This document shows, in pieces, positions 44,402 through 54,700 of a stretch of DNA of 62,107 nt. The number at the start of each line of letters is the position of its first letter. Positions within the stretch are counted from its first letter, which is position 1. The DNA is from a virus (Duplodnaviria > Caudoviricetes), in IMG/VR virus record IMGVR_UViG_3300029267_003445, positions 1 through 62,107 of that record; one strand, 5' to 3'. The position numbers and the translations under genes are program-made. Under the pieces are notes generated by a model. That model was not told the DNA's origin. It made no database searches and saw nothing but the letters and a program-made list of their open reading frames with translations.

Positions 44402-45678
44402 GTTCGCTTGGCAAAAGACTGGTCCGTTCGTTGCTGGAACACCGTACCCCCGAGGTGCTTGCGGAACACGGTATTTCTGCGATGGATTTGAAGGACGATG
44501 CGCGGGAAGCTTACTCGTGGGTGTTGGGGTATTATGAGGCACACGGGAGCTATCCGACCCCGAAAATGCTTGAGGAGAGCACGGGAATAGGGTTGCCCGA
44601 GGAACCCGACCCGCTCGCGTATATCTGCGATCACGTGCGGCGGCGCAGTCTTTCTATGTCCCTCGGGGAGATACTGCCGAAGGCGGCGGTAGCTCTGGAC
44701 GACAGCGACCCGGACACCGCCGTGCGATTGTTGCGGGAGCGGTTGGGTTCGTTGGCGGCCGTGGGAAAGAAAGGGCTGTTTAGCTTTCGGGAATCTGGCA
44801 AGGCGCGGACGGCATTTTATGCGGAAGTGAAAAAGACGGGCGGTTTGTTGGGGATGCGTACGCCGTGGCCGACACTTGACTCGCATATTCTTGGGTGGGT
44901 GAACGGTAGCCTCCATGTGGTTGCCGCGATGTTGAAGACGGGAAAGACTTGGTTTTCTTGCATCATTGCAGAGGATGCGTTGCGTCGGGGCCTCAAGGTA
45001 CTGTTCATCACGTTGGAGATGAGCGGGGAGCGAATTGGGCGGCGGGTTGCCTCGGTACGGTATAGGATACCGTGGCGGGAAATGGTCCGGGCGGAAATGG
45101 ATTCGTTATCGGAGGCGGCGTGGGCAAAGGCGGCGGAAGCGGATACGGAGGGGACGGGAGATATTGTAATCGCAGACAAGCATCGGGTGAGGACCGTGGC
45201 GGACGCGTTGGCACTGGCGCAATCGTTGAGCCCCGACATCGTTGTGGTGGACGGGGGCTACCGCTTTCAGCCGAGCGGGAAAACGGGCGGCAATTGGGAG
45301 AGCACGGTAGACATCGTGGCGGCGTTACAGCATGCGGCGGAGGCAACGGATGTTCCGTGGGTTGTGACGACGCAAATGGGGGACTCGAAGACCTCGGGCG
45401 GCGAGAAAAAGGAGGGCCGTAAGATGCGGGCGTGGGGCGTGCGGTACGGCAAGGAGTGGGTTATCAATCCTGACGTTGTGATTGGGCTCAGCCAAACGGA
45501 GCTAGAGCGTATGGATAAGGTGATGGAGGTGCATTTTATGGCCGAGCGGGACCCCGTGGGGGACCTGAGCAAGCCATTTTTCCGCCTAAATTGGAACTTT
45601 GAAACGATGGATTTTACGGAAAAAAAGGTAGAAGAGGAGGAGGGCGAAGAAAAAACGGAAATTGGGGTTGCCTTTTGA
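44398..45678 (+). CDS. dnaB: DnaB-like replicative helicase
   Basis: TPWPTLD, AMLKTGKT, FITLEM, IVVVDG, VVTTQ. Confidence 0.9.
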   Translation: MSSLGKRLVRSLLEHRTPEVLAEHGISAMDLKDDAREAYSWVLGYYEAHGSYPTPKMLEESTGIGLPEEPDPLAYICDHVRRRSLSMSLGEILPKAAVALDDSDPDTAVRLLRERLGSLAAVGKKGLFSFRESGKARTAFYAEVKKTGGLLGMRTPWPTLDSHILGWVNGSLHVVAAMLKTGKTWFSCIIAEDALRRGLKVLFITLEMSGERIGRRVASVRYRIPWREMVRAEMDSLSEAAWAKAAEADTEGTGDIVIADKHRVRTVADALALAQSLSPDIVVVDGGYRFQPSGKTGGNWESTVDIVAALQHAAEATDVPWVVTTQMGDSKTSGGEKKEGRKMRAWGVRYGKEWVINPDVVIGLSQTELERMDKVMEVHFMAERDPVGDLSKPFFRLNWNFETMDFTEKKVEEEEGEEKTEIGVAF

Positions 45679-45696
45679 TTGGAAATGTGGTAGCGT
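45656..45696 (+). promoter_or_regulatory. Putative promoter overlapping the dnaB 3' end
   Basis: CGGAAATTGGGGTTGC is identical to 58883-58898; TTGCCT-17 nt-TAGCGT with TGn. Confidence 0.5.
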
Positions 45697-45738
45697 GTGC
45701 AAAATTCCAATGTCCCAACCTCTAAAAGGAGAAAAGCG

Positions 45739-46194
45739 ATGGACGCGATGGATTTGCTGGAACGAGTGAAGATGAAGATTGCGGAAGTAAAAACACCACG
45801 CCCCCGGCCGGTTCTCGATAAGTTCCGTGCCACCACGCCCCCGCCCGCTCAGGGCAACACGTTCGTCCCCTTTTCACAGGCGGCAGTTCGGGGCCGTTTC
45901 TATGTGGAGATGGCGGCGCGATTGGAGGCCGTTGAGGGGGAGGCTCCGGGCGAGGGGTTTGTGTTTGAGGGCGAGGAGTATACGTGGTCCCGCGCAATCA
46001 ATACGCTTGTTCGGCTGGACCGTCAGTTCGGTGACGATTTGCGGAGTCAATACCTTGCCGGGCGGCGGGCGTTTGACCGCGGCGTGCCGGAAAAGGACAA
46101 TCCGTGGAACGCGACGAAAGATTATTGGCAGAATTTACGCTGGTACGGCGGATGGCATTGGGGTCGCCGCGACAAGTACCGATTGGATGATTGA
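45739..46194 (+). CDS. Hypothetical protein
   Basis: AAGGAG RBS; C-terminal YLAGRRAF...NPW...WYGGW loosely resembles ribosome-modulation-factor-like motifs. Confidence 0.65.
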   Translation: MDAMDLLERVKMKIAEVKTPRPRPVLDKFRATTPPPAQGNTFVPFSQAAVRGRFYVEMAARLEAVEGEAPGEGFVFEGEEYTWSRAINTLVRLDRQFGDDLRSQYLAGRRAFDRGVPEKDNPWNATKDYWQNLRWYGGWHWGRRDKYRLDD

Positions 46195-47195
46195 TGACGT
46201 GGGAACACCTTTGCTCTGTATTGACGGCCCTCGGGGTCGATACTTCCCATCTGGTCCCCTCGTCCAACGGGCGTGTCATGGTGCCGTGCCCCCTCGCTTC
46301 CCATTTTCACTCGGGGGGAGAGGACACACGGCCCTCGCTCTGCATCTGGTACGACGAGACGCCCGTTCGGTGGAAGTGCTATGCTTGCCATGAGAAGGGC
46401 CGGTTGTGGGAGCTGGCTCAATCGTACGCGGACCTGAATGATAGTGAGAGCGTGCGTCGGCTTGCCACACAATTAGTAGACGAAGATAAGCTCTCTTGCG
46501 CACAACAGGTCGAAGCACGTGTCCGCCGTGTAATGGATGCGGATAAGTGGTTCCGGGCTGCGGAGCCGTCGGGTGCGTCGTTGGCGGAGGACGCGATAGA
46601 GAGATACCCGCCCGTATGGGAGTCCGCCCGGGCCGTGCGGTACTTGCGGACCCGGGTTTCTTACCGGGAGACAATAGACCGTTTTGACTTGCGGTATGAT
46701 TCGGACCGGGACCGGGTGGTGTTCCCCGTGCGTCGGCCGGACGGGACGCTCGCGGGAGCCGTGGGACGCGTCTGCGTAAAGGAGCTGGACGCCGGTGTGT
46801 TGCCCTATTTGAATTACTACGGGTTCCAGGGGGTGACATGTTTGGGCGGGGCGAATCACATGGAGGCGGCGTCGTCGATTATTGTTGTGGAGGGATTTTG
46901 TGACATGCTGCGAATAGACAAGTGGGCACGGGACCGGAGCGCCGCGGTTGTGTGTACGTGGACCTCCCAACTCTCGGCTGAGCACGCGCATCAATTGGTG
47001 GCTCGGAATTTACGCGTGTCTATTTGGTACGATAATGACGACGCGGGGAATAAAGGATACTATGAGGCGCGGAAGCGTTTGAGTGGTCGGGTTGCACGCA
47101 TCACCCGGGGCGTGTTACAATACAAGAGTGATCCAGGGGACCTCACAGAAGGTCAGTTTGATCGAGTTTACTCTAATGCAATGAGGTGTTTGTGA
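46191..47195 (+). CDS. DNA primase (Zn finger + TOPRIM)
   Basis: CPL...H...DTRPS...CYAC; VVFPV; VVEGFCD; YDNDDAG; DPGD. Confidence 0.9.
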   Translation: MMTWEHLCSVLTALGVDTSHLVPSSNGRVMVPCPLASHFHSGGEDTRPSLCIWYDETPVRWKCYACHEKGRLWELAQSYADLNDSESVRRLATQLVDEDKLSCAQQVEARVRRVMDADKWFRAAEPSGASLAEDAIERYPPVWESARAVRYLRTRVSYRETIDRFDLRYDSDRDRVVFPVRRPDGTLAGAVGRVCVKELDAGVLPYLNYYGFQGVTCLGGANHMEAASSIIVVEGFCDMLRIDKWARDRSAAVVCTWTSQLSAEHAHQLVARNLRVSIWYDNDDAGNKGYYEARKRLSGRVARITRGVLQYKSDPGDLTEGQFDRVYSNAMRCL

Positions 47196-47872
47196 TGAGT
47201 GAGATACCTGAATGGGCTGTTGGAACTGGCGTAGACACGGACATGAAAGGCGACCCCCGGCCGGGGGCGCAGGCGGGGACTCGTTTTTGGATGCCCCGCG
47301 CGACCAGTAAAAAGATCGTTTTCCTCACGGAGGGCACCGAAGCCCTCGGGTTGTGGGAACATCAGTTTCGCATGGGTGGCAAGTATACGAACTGGCTCTC
47401 TTGCCTGGAGCCGATGCGGCTGAAGTGTCATTTGTGCGAGTGGGCGGCGGCTCACGAAGGGCAGTTTTCCCGCGGGAAAATTCTCGTCTTTTCCATTATC
47501 GACTGCGAAGAGTTTACAACCCGCGCTGGGGAGACGAAGGCTAACGTTGTCAAGCTCTTGTGCGCTAAGTCACAGACGGCAGAGCTTCTCAAACGAAAAT
47601 ACTTGTCTCAGCTTGAGGAAGGGCGGGGGCTGAAAGGCGCGATGTTCCAAGTGTATCGGAGTAACGAGCCCACGTCTCCGAGTGTGGGCAACGACTACGA
47701 ATACAAGAAACACGTTGACCTGGACACGTTCCCGGATGCCACGCCGTTGGACGCGGCGAAGCTCTTGGCTCCCGACCCGGATGCCGTGTTGGCAGCGATC
47801 CGCAGAATCGCCGCGGAGGCGGGTGAGGGTCCGGCTTCGGAGGCTTCCACGGACGTGGATGTGGACTACTAG
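47195..47872 (+). CDS. Single-stranded DNA-binding protein (gp32-like)
   Basis: RFWM, EH, C...CHLC, acidic C-terminal tail; follows the primase. Confidence 0.75.
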   Translation: MSEIPEWAVGTGVDTDMKGDPRPGAQAGTRFWMPRATSKKIVFLTEGTEALGLWEHQFRMGGKYTNWLSCLEPMRLKCHLCEWAAAHEGQFSRGKILVFSIIDCEEFTTRAGETKANVVKLLCAKSQTAELLKRKYLSQLEEGRGLKGAMFQVYRSNEPTSPSVGNDYEYKKHVDLDTFPDATPLDAAKLLAPDPDAVLAAIRRIAAEAGEGPASEASTDVDVDY

Positions 47873-47896
47873 TACATCAAATGTCTCCTGATGTGG

Positions 47897-47936
47897 GGCG
47901 GTGTGCGTCGTATGGGGCGCACATCGCCTTTCTTTT
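47897..47936 (+). terminator. Intrinsic terminator
   Basis: GGCGGTGTGCGTC/GGCGCACATCGCC stem followed by TTTCTTTT. Confidence 0.75.
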
Positions 47937-47937
47937 C

Positions 47938-47951
47938 TGCAAGCGCGTGCA
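47938..47951. promoter_or_regulatory. Palindromic box, one-mismatch copy
   Basis: TGCAAGCGCGTGCA between the terminator and the MTase RBS. Confidence 0.6.
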
Positions 47952-47965
47952 ACCCGGAGGATACC

Positions 47966-48766
47966 ATGTCTACGACGGTAGTGGTGGGTGATTTTAGAGA
48001 GAAGAAAGATCGGCTCGCTGATGGAGTGGCGCAGCTCGTATTCACGGACCCGCCCTTTAATATTGGGCACCCGTATGTCGGGTTCAGCGATGTTATGGAG
48101 GGGCGGGAATACCGTACTCTTATTTCAAACATCGTCCAGGAGGCGTGGCGATGTCTCACCCCGGGCGGGCGTTTTTGTATGCACGTGCCTGACGAGGTGG
48201 TGTTGCCCGTGTTGGAGGACGCACGTTTTTGGGGGATGTTGCCATCGGACTGGATTGTGTGGCACTATCGTTTCGGGCAGTGTGGAAAAACAAAATACAT
48301 CAACAGCAAGTGCCACCTCTTAACGTTCTTGAAACCGGGCGGTGTCCCCGTGTGGAACCCGGACGATGTGCTAGTGGCAAGTGACCGGGCCTCCACGTAT
48401 GAAGACCCGCGAACAAAAGAGACGGCGACCCCCGGCAAGCGCGTTCCGTTGGACGTTTGGGGGATTCCCAGCGACGGGCCGTATTGGGGCCGGGTTCAAG
48501 GTAACTCGAAGGAGCGTCGCAGCGTGAAAAACGGGGCTCTCGTCGATCACCCCAATCAGTTGCCCGAGGTGTACTTAGAGCGAGTGATACGGGGTTGGAC
48601 AAACCCCGGCGATTTGGTTGTGGACTTTTGCGGCGGTTCGGGAACGACGGCCGTGGTTGCCAAGGCTCTCGGGCGTGCATCTTGTACGTTTGAGATTTCT
48701 TCTGATAATGCGGCAAGTATTATGCAACGATTGGAAAAAGGAGCGGTCCGTGTCCCTAGTTACTGA
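47966..48766 (+). CDS. N4-cytosine/N6-adenine DNA methyltransferase (beta class)
   Basis: FTDPPFN before HPNQLP and VVDFCGGSGTT; GGAGG RBS. Confidence 0.93.
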   Translation: MSTTVVVGDFREKKDRLADGVAQLVFTDPPFNIGHPYVGFSDVMEGREYRTLISNIVQEAWRCLTPGGRFCMHVPDEVVLPVLEDARFWGMLPSDWIVWHYRFGQCGKTKYINSKCHLLTFLKPGGVPVWNPDDVLVASDRASTYEDPRTKETATPGKRVPLDVWGIPSDGPYWGRVQGNSKERRSVKNGALVDHPNQLPEVYLERVIRGWTNPGDLVVDFCGGSGTTAVVAKALGRASCTFEISSDNAASIMQRLEKGAVRVPSY

Positions 48767-50624
48767 TTTCGCAAAGGCGGCAAAGGCGGCGGGGGGCTTT
48801 TCCTTTGATGTGGAAAATCCGCCGGAGTTGCGCCCCCATCAGCCCGATTTTCGATTGGCCGGATGTAATTTTGGCACAGACGATGATTTCAATATTTACT
48901 TGACGAACCGAGCGGAAGTGCGGGAGTTATGCGGCCTCTTGTTTGCCGAACCTTTGGACGCGGTTGCGTATAATGCGAAATACGATTTGCGGGTATTGCG
49001 AGCCGTTGACTGTTTGCCCACGGGGTACCCTGTTCGTCTTTGTGATCCGATGGTAGCGGTAAACTTGCTGGATGACAACAGGCGTCCCAATCAGCTCGGG
49101 TTGAAACAGGTCATGCGGGATTTGTTTGATGAGCGGATGGTGGACTTTATGGCGGCGTGGGCGTGTGGGGAGGATAGTGAGGAGTTTCGTAGGTATGCTC
49201 TCAACGATGCGCGGCAGGAATGGCGGTTGTGGCAGTGGGCGGCACCTCAACTTGAGAATGAGGGGCTCGCTAAGCTATTCCACAAGATTTTAATGCCGAT
49301 GACGCTGGTATTTGCGGACATGGAAGCTACGGGGTGTCGGTGGAGTTTGTCGCACGCGCGGCGATTACTGCGTTCATTTCAGACGGCGCGGCGGGAGCTG
49401 GAGGCGCAGATTAAATCAACAATAGGGACGCTGAACATAGGTAGCGATGCGCAGCTCGCCGCTCGTTTGTTTGATGAGCTGGGGTACTCTACCCGGGGGA
49501 TTGCGTGGCTAGAGAAGTCCGGCCGCTTCACCGTGGATCGGGCGGCGATGGATAAGCTTGCCAAGAAATACCCGGTGTGTGATTTGATTCGGCAGTACCG
49601 TACGGCCCGTAAAATGATTTCTACCTATTTAGAGCCGCTATCTCGACAGGCCATGGAGGACCCTGACAGCCGGGTGCACCCGACATTCTGGATTACATCT
49701 TCCACGGGACGAACGAGGTGCTCCAATCCCAATTTCCAAAACATCCCGGTCCTATTGCCCGGGCGGCTCAAAGACTTGCGGATACGGGACGGCATTGAGG
49801 CGCAACCCGGGTATAAGCTTATCGTGTTTGACCTCTCACAAATAGAACTTCGGATGTGTGCGCACGTGACCGGGGACGCTAAGTTCACCGCGGCATATAC
49901 CGATTGGGTATGCACCCTTTGCGGCAGTGCGGGCACGGAATCGCGGCACGTGTTGCGGGAGTGTCCCTCGTGCGGCTCGCCTGAGAACGAAGAGGCGTTG
50001 GCGAGAAAGGTTCCGGGGTTCTGGCACGGCAAAGATATTCACACAGAAACGAGCAACAATATCAAGGCGTTGGGAGGGGATAGGAAGAAAGGCAAAATCG
50101 CTAATTTTTCGTTGATCTACAATATCACCGCTTTTGAGTTGAACCGGCGGATGCCGGACTGGTCGAAAGCGAAGTGGCAAGCAGTCATTGATGAGTATTT
50201 TAACGAGGACAATTATATCGGCGTTCGTACGTGGCATCACCGTATGGAGCGACAGTTGTGGGAGACGGGAGAGGTTCGGGACGTGTTTGGGCGCAAGCGC
50301 CGTATTCGGCGGCGGGATTTGGAGAGAAGTCCAAAGCATGCGATGAATCAGTTTGTCAATTTTCCGATGCAGTGCGCGGCGTGTAATTTATTCATGCTCG
50401 GTCTGGGCAAATTGCGGACGCGTTTTATGGAGCGGGGCGAGTGGCTGAGGGAGGTGTTGCCCACTAACATGGTCCATGATGAGGGCGTGTTTGAGGTCCG
50501 AGAAGATAAGGTGGGAGAGGCTAAAGAAACAATTATTGACGTGATTGAAAACAGTGTTTCTTTTCGGGTGCCCATTCGGCTGGACGTGCTAGTGGTGGAT
50601 CGTTGGGGAGAGGCAAAGGCATGA
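48750..50624 (+). CDS. polA: Family A DNA polymerase with 3'-5' exonuclease
   Basis: FDVE, YNAKYD, YALND; TGR..CSNPNFQNIP; DLSQIELR; RKKGKIANFSLIY; VHDE. Confidence 0.95.
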   Translation: MSLVTDFAKAAKAAGGFSFDVENPPELRPHQPDFRLAGCNFGTDDDFNIYLTNRAEVRELCGLLFAEPLDAVAYNAKYDLRVLRAVDCLPTGYPVRLCDPMVAVNLLDDNRRPNQLGLKQVMRDLFDERMVDFMAAWACGEDSEEFRRYALNDARQEWRLWQWAAPQLENEGLAKLFHKILMPMTLVFADMEATGCRWSLSHARRLLRSFQTARRELEAQIKSTIGTLNIGSDAQLAARLFDELGYSTRGIAWLEKSGRFTVDRAAMDKLAKKYPVCDLIRQYRTARKMISTYLEPLSRQAMEDPDSRVHPTFWITSSTGRTRCSNPNFQNIPVLLPGRLKDLRIRDGIEAQPGYKLIVFDLSQIELRMCAHVTGDAKFTAAYTDWVCTLCGSAGTESRHVLRECPSCGSPENEEALARKVPGFWHGKDIHTETSNNIKALGGDRKKGKIANFSLIYNITAFELNRRMPDWSKAKWQAVIDEYFNEDNYIGVRTWHHRMERQLWETGEVRDVFGRKRRIRRRDLERSPKHAMNQFVNFPMQCAACNLFMLGLGKLRTRFMERGEWLREVLPTNMVHDEGVFEVREDKVGEAKETIIDVIENSVSFRVPIRLDVLVVDRWGEAKA

Positions 50625-51955
50625 GCGAATATAAAATGGATCGCTTGTTGTGGATGCCGAGGGAAGAGTGGTGCTCCGAGTATCAAGAGGCACTCACGCG
50701 GGTGGTGACGCCATACGTAGGGGAGCCGTACGAGGTGCGTTGCTGGGAGGAGGACGGGGAGTGGGTCGGCGTACCGCGGGTGTTCGGGAAGCTAGTGCCG
50801 CCGTGGTGGGCGTCGTCGGTGCCGGAGCCTGAGAAAATACCCGCGCCCCCTGTCACAATTTCGTGGCGGCGGGGGCAGAAGCCCGCTGTTGAGAAGATGC
50901 TCACTGCGTTTGCGTCGGGCGTGTCCGGGGTACGGCTGGAGGCACCCCCGGCGAGCGGAAAGACCTTGATGGCGCTTGCCGTGGCCTTTGATCGGGAGGC
51001 TCCGACGCTCGTGGTTGTGCACAAGACCGACCTCGCAAAGCAGTGGCAGGACACGGCCCGAAAGTTCTTTGGTGAGGAGGCCGGGCACGTGCAAGGAAGC
51101 AAGTGGGATTGGAAGGGGCGGCGATTTACGACGGCGCTGGCGCAGACGTTGTATTCGCGGCGGGATAAACTGCCGGAGGGGTTTCGAGAGGCGTTCGGTC
51201 TGGTGGTGTACGACGAAGGGCACCACTATCCGAGCGAGTCTTTTTCTACCGTGCTCAGCATGTTCCCGGCGCGTCGTTTGGCGGTGTCCGCGACATGGCG
51301 GCGAGCTGACGGGCTTGCCGATTTGTGGGAGTGGCATGTCGGGCGGACCGTGGTGGTGGCGGAGACAGAAAGACTGACAGGAGAGTTTGTCCATGTCCCG
51401 TGGCGGACGCCGTTCAACGATATGTGGTATACTCACGGAGGCCGGGTGAACCGTGCGCGGTTGTTGACGCTGATAGAAAAAAATGAGGCGTTTTCGACGT
51501 GGCTGGCGGAGCAATGTATCAAAGGGGTGAACGCGGGGCGGCGGGTGTTGCTGGTAAGTGATCGAATTGCGCAGCTCGCCGCGATTCATGGGCGGGCGGT
51601 GGAGCGGGGGCACTTGCCGGGTCTTTACTGTCGAAGTTTTCCGCAGAAGGGAGAAAAGAAACGGAGGCGTATCACCGAGGCGGAGTTGGCGGCCGCACGG
51701 GAACATCAAATCATACTGGCCACCTACACATTAATGATGGAGGGTACGGATGTTCCCGCATTAGATACGCTCATTTTTGGTACGCCTCGGGCGGATGTGG
51801 AGCAAGTGGTGGGGCGCATACAACGTCCATCCGCTGAGAAAAAATCACTCTTGGTCGTGGACCCCGTTTTTCAGACGCGGTACTGTAGAGCGCTTGCGGG
51901 GAAGCGGGAGGAGCAATTACTAAATCTGGGCTTTACGAAAAGGGTAAAAAGATGA
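50621..51955 (+). CDS. Superfamily 2 helicase
   Basis: APPASGKT, DEGHH, SAT, EGTDVPALD, QVVGRIQR. Confidence 0.92.
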   Translation: MSEYKMDRLLWMPREEWCSEYQEALTRVVTPYVGEPYEVRCWEEDGEWVGVPRVFGKLVPPWWASSVPEPEKIPAPPVTISWRRGQKPAVEKMLTAFASGVSGVRLEAPPASGKTLMALAVAFDREAPTLVVVHKTDLAKQWQDTARKFFGEEAGHVQGSKWDWKGRRFTTALAQTLYSRRDKLPEGFREAFGLVVYDEGHHYPSESFSTVLSMFPARRLAVSATWRRADGLADLWEWHVGRTVVVAETERLTGEFVHVPWRTPFNDMWYTHGGRVNRARLLTLIEKNEAFSTWLAEQCIKGVNAGRRVLLVSDRIAQLAAIHGRAVERGHLPGLYCRSFPQKGEKKRRRITEAELAAAREHQIILATYTLMMEGTDVPALDTLIFGTPRADVEQVVGRIQRPSAEKKSLLVVDPVFQTRYCRALAGKREEQLLNLGFTKRVKR

Positions 51956-52278
51956 GCGATACGAGTAAAGAATCTTCCGGGTGGTGTCAGGTTTCGCGGC
52001 TCTGGAAAGAGAGCGGCGTGGTTGCGCGGGAAGAGGCGGACGAGGAGTTGATTGAGGTTCCCATGGTGGTGGAGGGTGCAATGGTTGCAAACGTATCTTT
52101 CGGCAACCGCTTGACTCTCAATATGGGAAATTACGAGTCCTGTCAACTCTCGGTCGCCGTGACTATACCGTGCTATTTACCGGAACTGAATACGGCATAC
52201 AAAGCGGCAAAATCCTTTGTTGATATGAAGATGGCGGCGGAGTCCCGGGCGTTGAAAGAGTACCGTTCGTCGAAATAA
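51952..52278 (+). CDS. Hypothetical phage protein
   Basis: TLNMGNYES motif; ATGA coupling. Confidence 0.7.
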   Translation: MSDTSKESSGWCQVSRLWKESGVVAREEADEELIEVPMVVEGAMVANVSFGNRLTLNMGNYESCQLSVAVTIPCYLPELNTAYKAAKSFVDMKMAAESRALKEYRSSK

Positions 52279-52300
52279 TTCCCCCTTTGAGGAGCCTATT

Positions 52301-53407
52301 ATGGCTGATGATGTCCTTCGAGAATTTATTGCGAAAATCAATGCCGCCTATAAAGGCGAGATCGTAGAAGTCGGGGGCCGGTTTGGCGCGTTGACGCTGG
52401 GACGCTTCTCGTCGGGCATCCTCTCCTTGGACTGCGCGCTCGGCGGGGGCTTTCCTTTTTCGCGGGTCATGGTGGTGGCTGGAAACGAGTCGTCTGGTAA
52501 GACTCTGATGGCGCTGAAGGCGGTGGAGCAGATCAAGAACTATGACCACCATACGCATCTTCATCGGGACTTTTGTGACCCGAAGACGTTTCTACCCGGG
52601 CGGTGTTTGTTTGTGGACTTGGAGGGTACGTTCGATCTGGCGTGGGCGAAGGCGGTTGCGAATTGGGATACAGAGTGGCACGCTGTCGCTCGACCGGAAT
52701 ACGCGGAGCAGGCGATTGATATTGTTGGGTCTGCCATGGAGGAAAACGTGTTTGACCTGATCGTGGTGGACAGTATTGCGCAGATGACGCCCACGAAAGA
52801 GATTGAATGTAGTGCCGAGGATTGGCAGCAAGGACTCGCCGCCCGGTTGATGAACAAGGCGATGCGAAAGTGGGTTGCCCGGTTAAATAAAATCAGTCAA
52901 GGTAACCCGGCGGGCGGTCCGGCGATCATGTGTTTGAATCAATTTCGTGTGACCATGGGTGTGATGTACGGCGACCCCCGGGTGATGCCGGGCGGCAAGG
53001 GACAGGTCTTTGCTAGTTCCATCATAATTTATAATCGGTCGCAAAAGGTGTCGGACGGGGCAGACAAGGAAACGTCTTCGGTGGAGCTGGGGGGCGTGAC
53101 AATGAAGAATAAGACGTACGTACCGAAGCTCAATTTCACTTACAATATGGGCCTTCGGGACGGGGAAAAACTGGCCAAAGGGGAGGTAGATAATCTAAAA
53201 CAGCTCTACACGTTGGGAAGCAAGTACGGCATTATCGAACACGCAAAGACGGGGGACGATTGGTACGTTGGCAAGCGGTCATGGAAGACAAAGAAAGCGC
53301 TGTTGGCGGATATGGAGGACGATACGGCACTGTACCGGCTCTTGTGGCGCAGCGTGGTAGCAGCGGCGACTGAAAAGGTGGAGGTGGCTGATGTCAGTGC
53401 CGAGTGA
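52301..53407 (+). CDS. recA: RecA-like recombinase
   Basis: SSGILSLDCALGGG, GNESSGKT, VVDSIA, ARLM, NQFR, PGG. Confidence 0.93.
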   Translation: MADDVLREFIAKINAAYKGEIVEVGGRFGALTLGRFSSGILSLDCALGGGFPFSRVMVVAGNESSGKTLMALKAVEQIKNYDHHTHLHRDFCDPKTFLPGRCLFVDLEGTFDLAWAKAVANWDTEWHAVARPEYAEQAIDIVGSAMEENVFDLIVVDSIAQMTPTKEIECSAEDWQQGLAARLMNKAMRKWVARLNKISQGNPAGGPAIMCLNQFRVTMGVMYGDPRVMPGGKGQVFASSIIIYNRSQKVSDGADKETSSVELGGVTMKNKTYVPKLNFTYNMGLRDGEKLAKGEVDNLKQLYTLGSKYGIIEHAKTGDDWYVGKRSWKTKKALLADMEDDTALYRLLWRSVVAAATEKVEVADVSAE

Positions 53408-53780
53408 GCCTAAGAAACCGGGCGGCACCCCGCTCGGTTCGCAAAAGACGAACAAGGAACGTATCAACAAGCACGAGCGTTCTATTGCGGAGCAATTGCC
53501 GGGAGGACAGGCGCAGCCGAACTCTGGGGCACCCCCTGGGAAGAAGGGCGATGTATTGCTTGAACATTTTTTATTGGATAGCAAAGAAACAAAAGGGGAG
53601 CACATTAGTGTCACCCGCCGTGATCTGACTAAAATCAATAGGGAGGCGGGGGAGGCCGGGCGTGTGCCGGGACTGGTGATTACGTTGAAGACTCCGCCCG
53701 TGGTGCCGTCGGAGTGGGTGGTGTTGCCGTTGGAGGTGTTTGCGCAAATGCTAGAAGCCGGGCAGGACAAGGAGATATAG
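53391..53780 (+). CDS. PD-(D/E)XK nuclease, Holliday junction resolvase-like
   Basis: HE..IA, PNSGA...KGDV, LLDSKET. Confidence 0.75.
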   Translation: MSVPSEPKKPGGTPLGSQKTNKERINKHERSIAEQLPGGQAQPNSGAPPGKKGDVLLEHFLLDSKETKGEHISVTRRDLTKINREAGEAGRVPGLVITLKTPPVVPSEWVVLPLEVFAQMLEAGQDKEI

Positions 53781-53782
53781 GG

Positions 53783-54700
53783 ATGGGATTGTTGGATGCT
53801 TTCTTAGAGGGTCGGGAGGAGGGGAAGAAGGAGGTTTCGCCACCGGACGCCGGGCGCAAGATGCGAAAGTTTATTGCGGACACCCCCGCGATGGGCGTGC
53901 ATTTCGCTACTTCTATCCGGGCAAGCGAGGCTCACTCTGTTTGTCCAAGACAATTTGTGCTGGATTACTGGTGCCCTGGTCCGGGCGGGTTGCCCGGGTT
54001 CAACTCCCTGTTGTATATGGGTGCCGGGCACTTCTTCCATGCTTTTCTTCAAGACGTGGTACTCGGTCCGATGCGGGTGTTGTGGGGCGATTGGGTGAAC
54101 ACTAATGACGGCTCCGTGGTAGAGGGTTTCCACCCGTGCCCGGAGTTGTCCTTGCGGGAGACTGCGAAAGAGCATCCGCTGACGTGGCGTTATCGGGAGC
54201 CGTCTTGTTGGAACGAGGAGTATCGTATTTCGGGGCATGCGGACGGGCGGGTAAACGTACGGTTGGTCCCTGAAGACCCTCCTGACGCAGTGTTGGAAAT
54301 AAAGTCAACAGGGGCGTACGGGTTCGGTAAAATTACGGACGCGGCTTCCATCAGCGAGGCGTATCGGACGCAAGCTACTCTGTATCAGTGGCTCCTTGGA
54401 TACTCGCAAACGGTATTCCTGTTTCTAAATCGCAATAATATGCAAGTAAAGACATTGATATATGCCGGAGAACCCGGTCTGTTGCGGGACGTGCAACATA
54501 AAGCGAAAAAAATCTGGAACGCCATTCGGTGTCGTACGCTTCCCGACGGTCTGTTACCATGCCGGGACCCGCGGGATACTCGGGCGAAGCAGTGCGGACA
54601 GCGGGAGCGGTGTTGGTCCACGCTACCCGCTTCTTTTGATGGGGCGGTGAACTTTGAAGAGTGGACGCACTTGTGTGAGGAGCGGAAAGATGCAACCTAA
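53783..54700 (+). CDS. Cas4-like PD-(D/E)XK exonuclease with Fe-S cysteines
   Basis: CPR, G..FH, ISGHADG, LEIKS, Q..LY, C...C...C. Confidence 0.85.
   Translation: MGLLDAFLEGREEGKKEVSPPDAGRKMRKFIADTPAMGVHFATSIRASEAHSVCPRQFVLDYWCPGPGGLPGFNSLLYMGAGHFFHAFLQDVVLGPMRVLWGDWVNTNDGSVVEGFHPCPELSLRETAKEHPLTWRYREPSCWNEEYRISGHADGRVNVRLVPEDPPDAVLEIKSTGAYGFGKITDAASISEAYRTQATLYQWLLGYSQTVFLFLNRNNMQVKTLIYAGEPGLLRDVQHKAKKIWNAIRCRTLPDGLLPCRDPRDTRAKQCGQRERCWSTLPASFDGAVNFEEWTHLCEERKDAT

Noticed and set aside
49900-50030. Intein in PolA
   Set aside because: Too short, and no C/S...HN splice junctions.
53783-54700. CRISPR-Cas locus
   Set aside because: A solo Cas4-like nuclease beside RecA is normal in phage recombination modules; no array or other cas genes.
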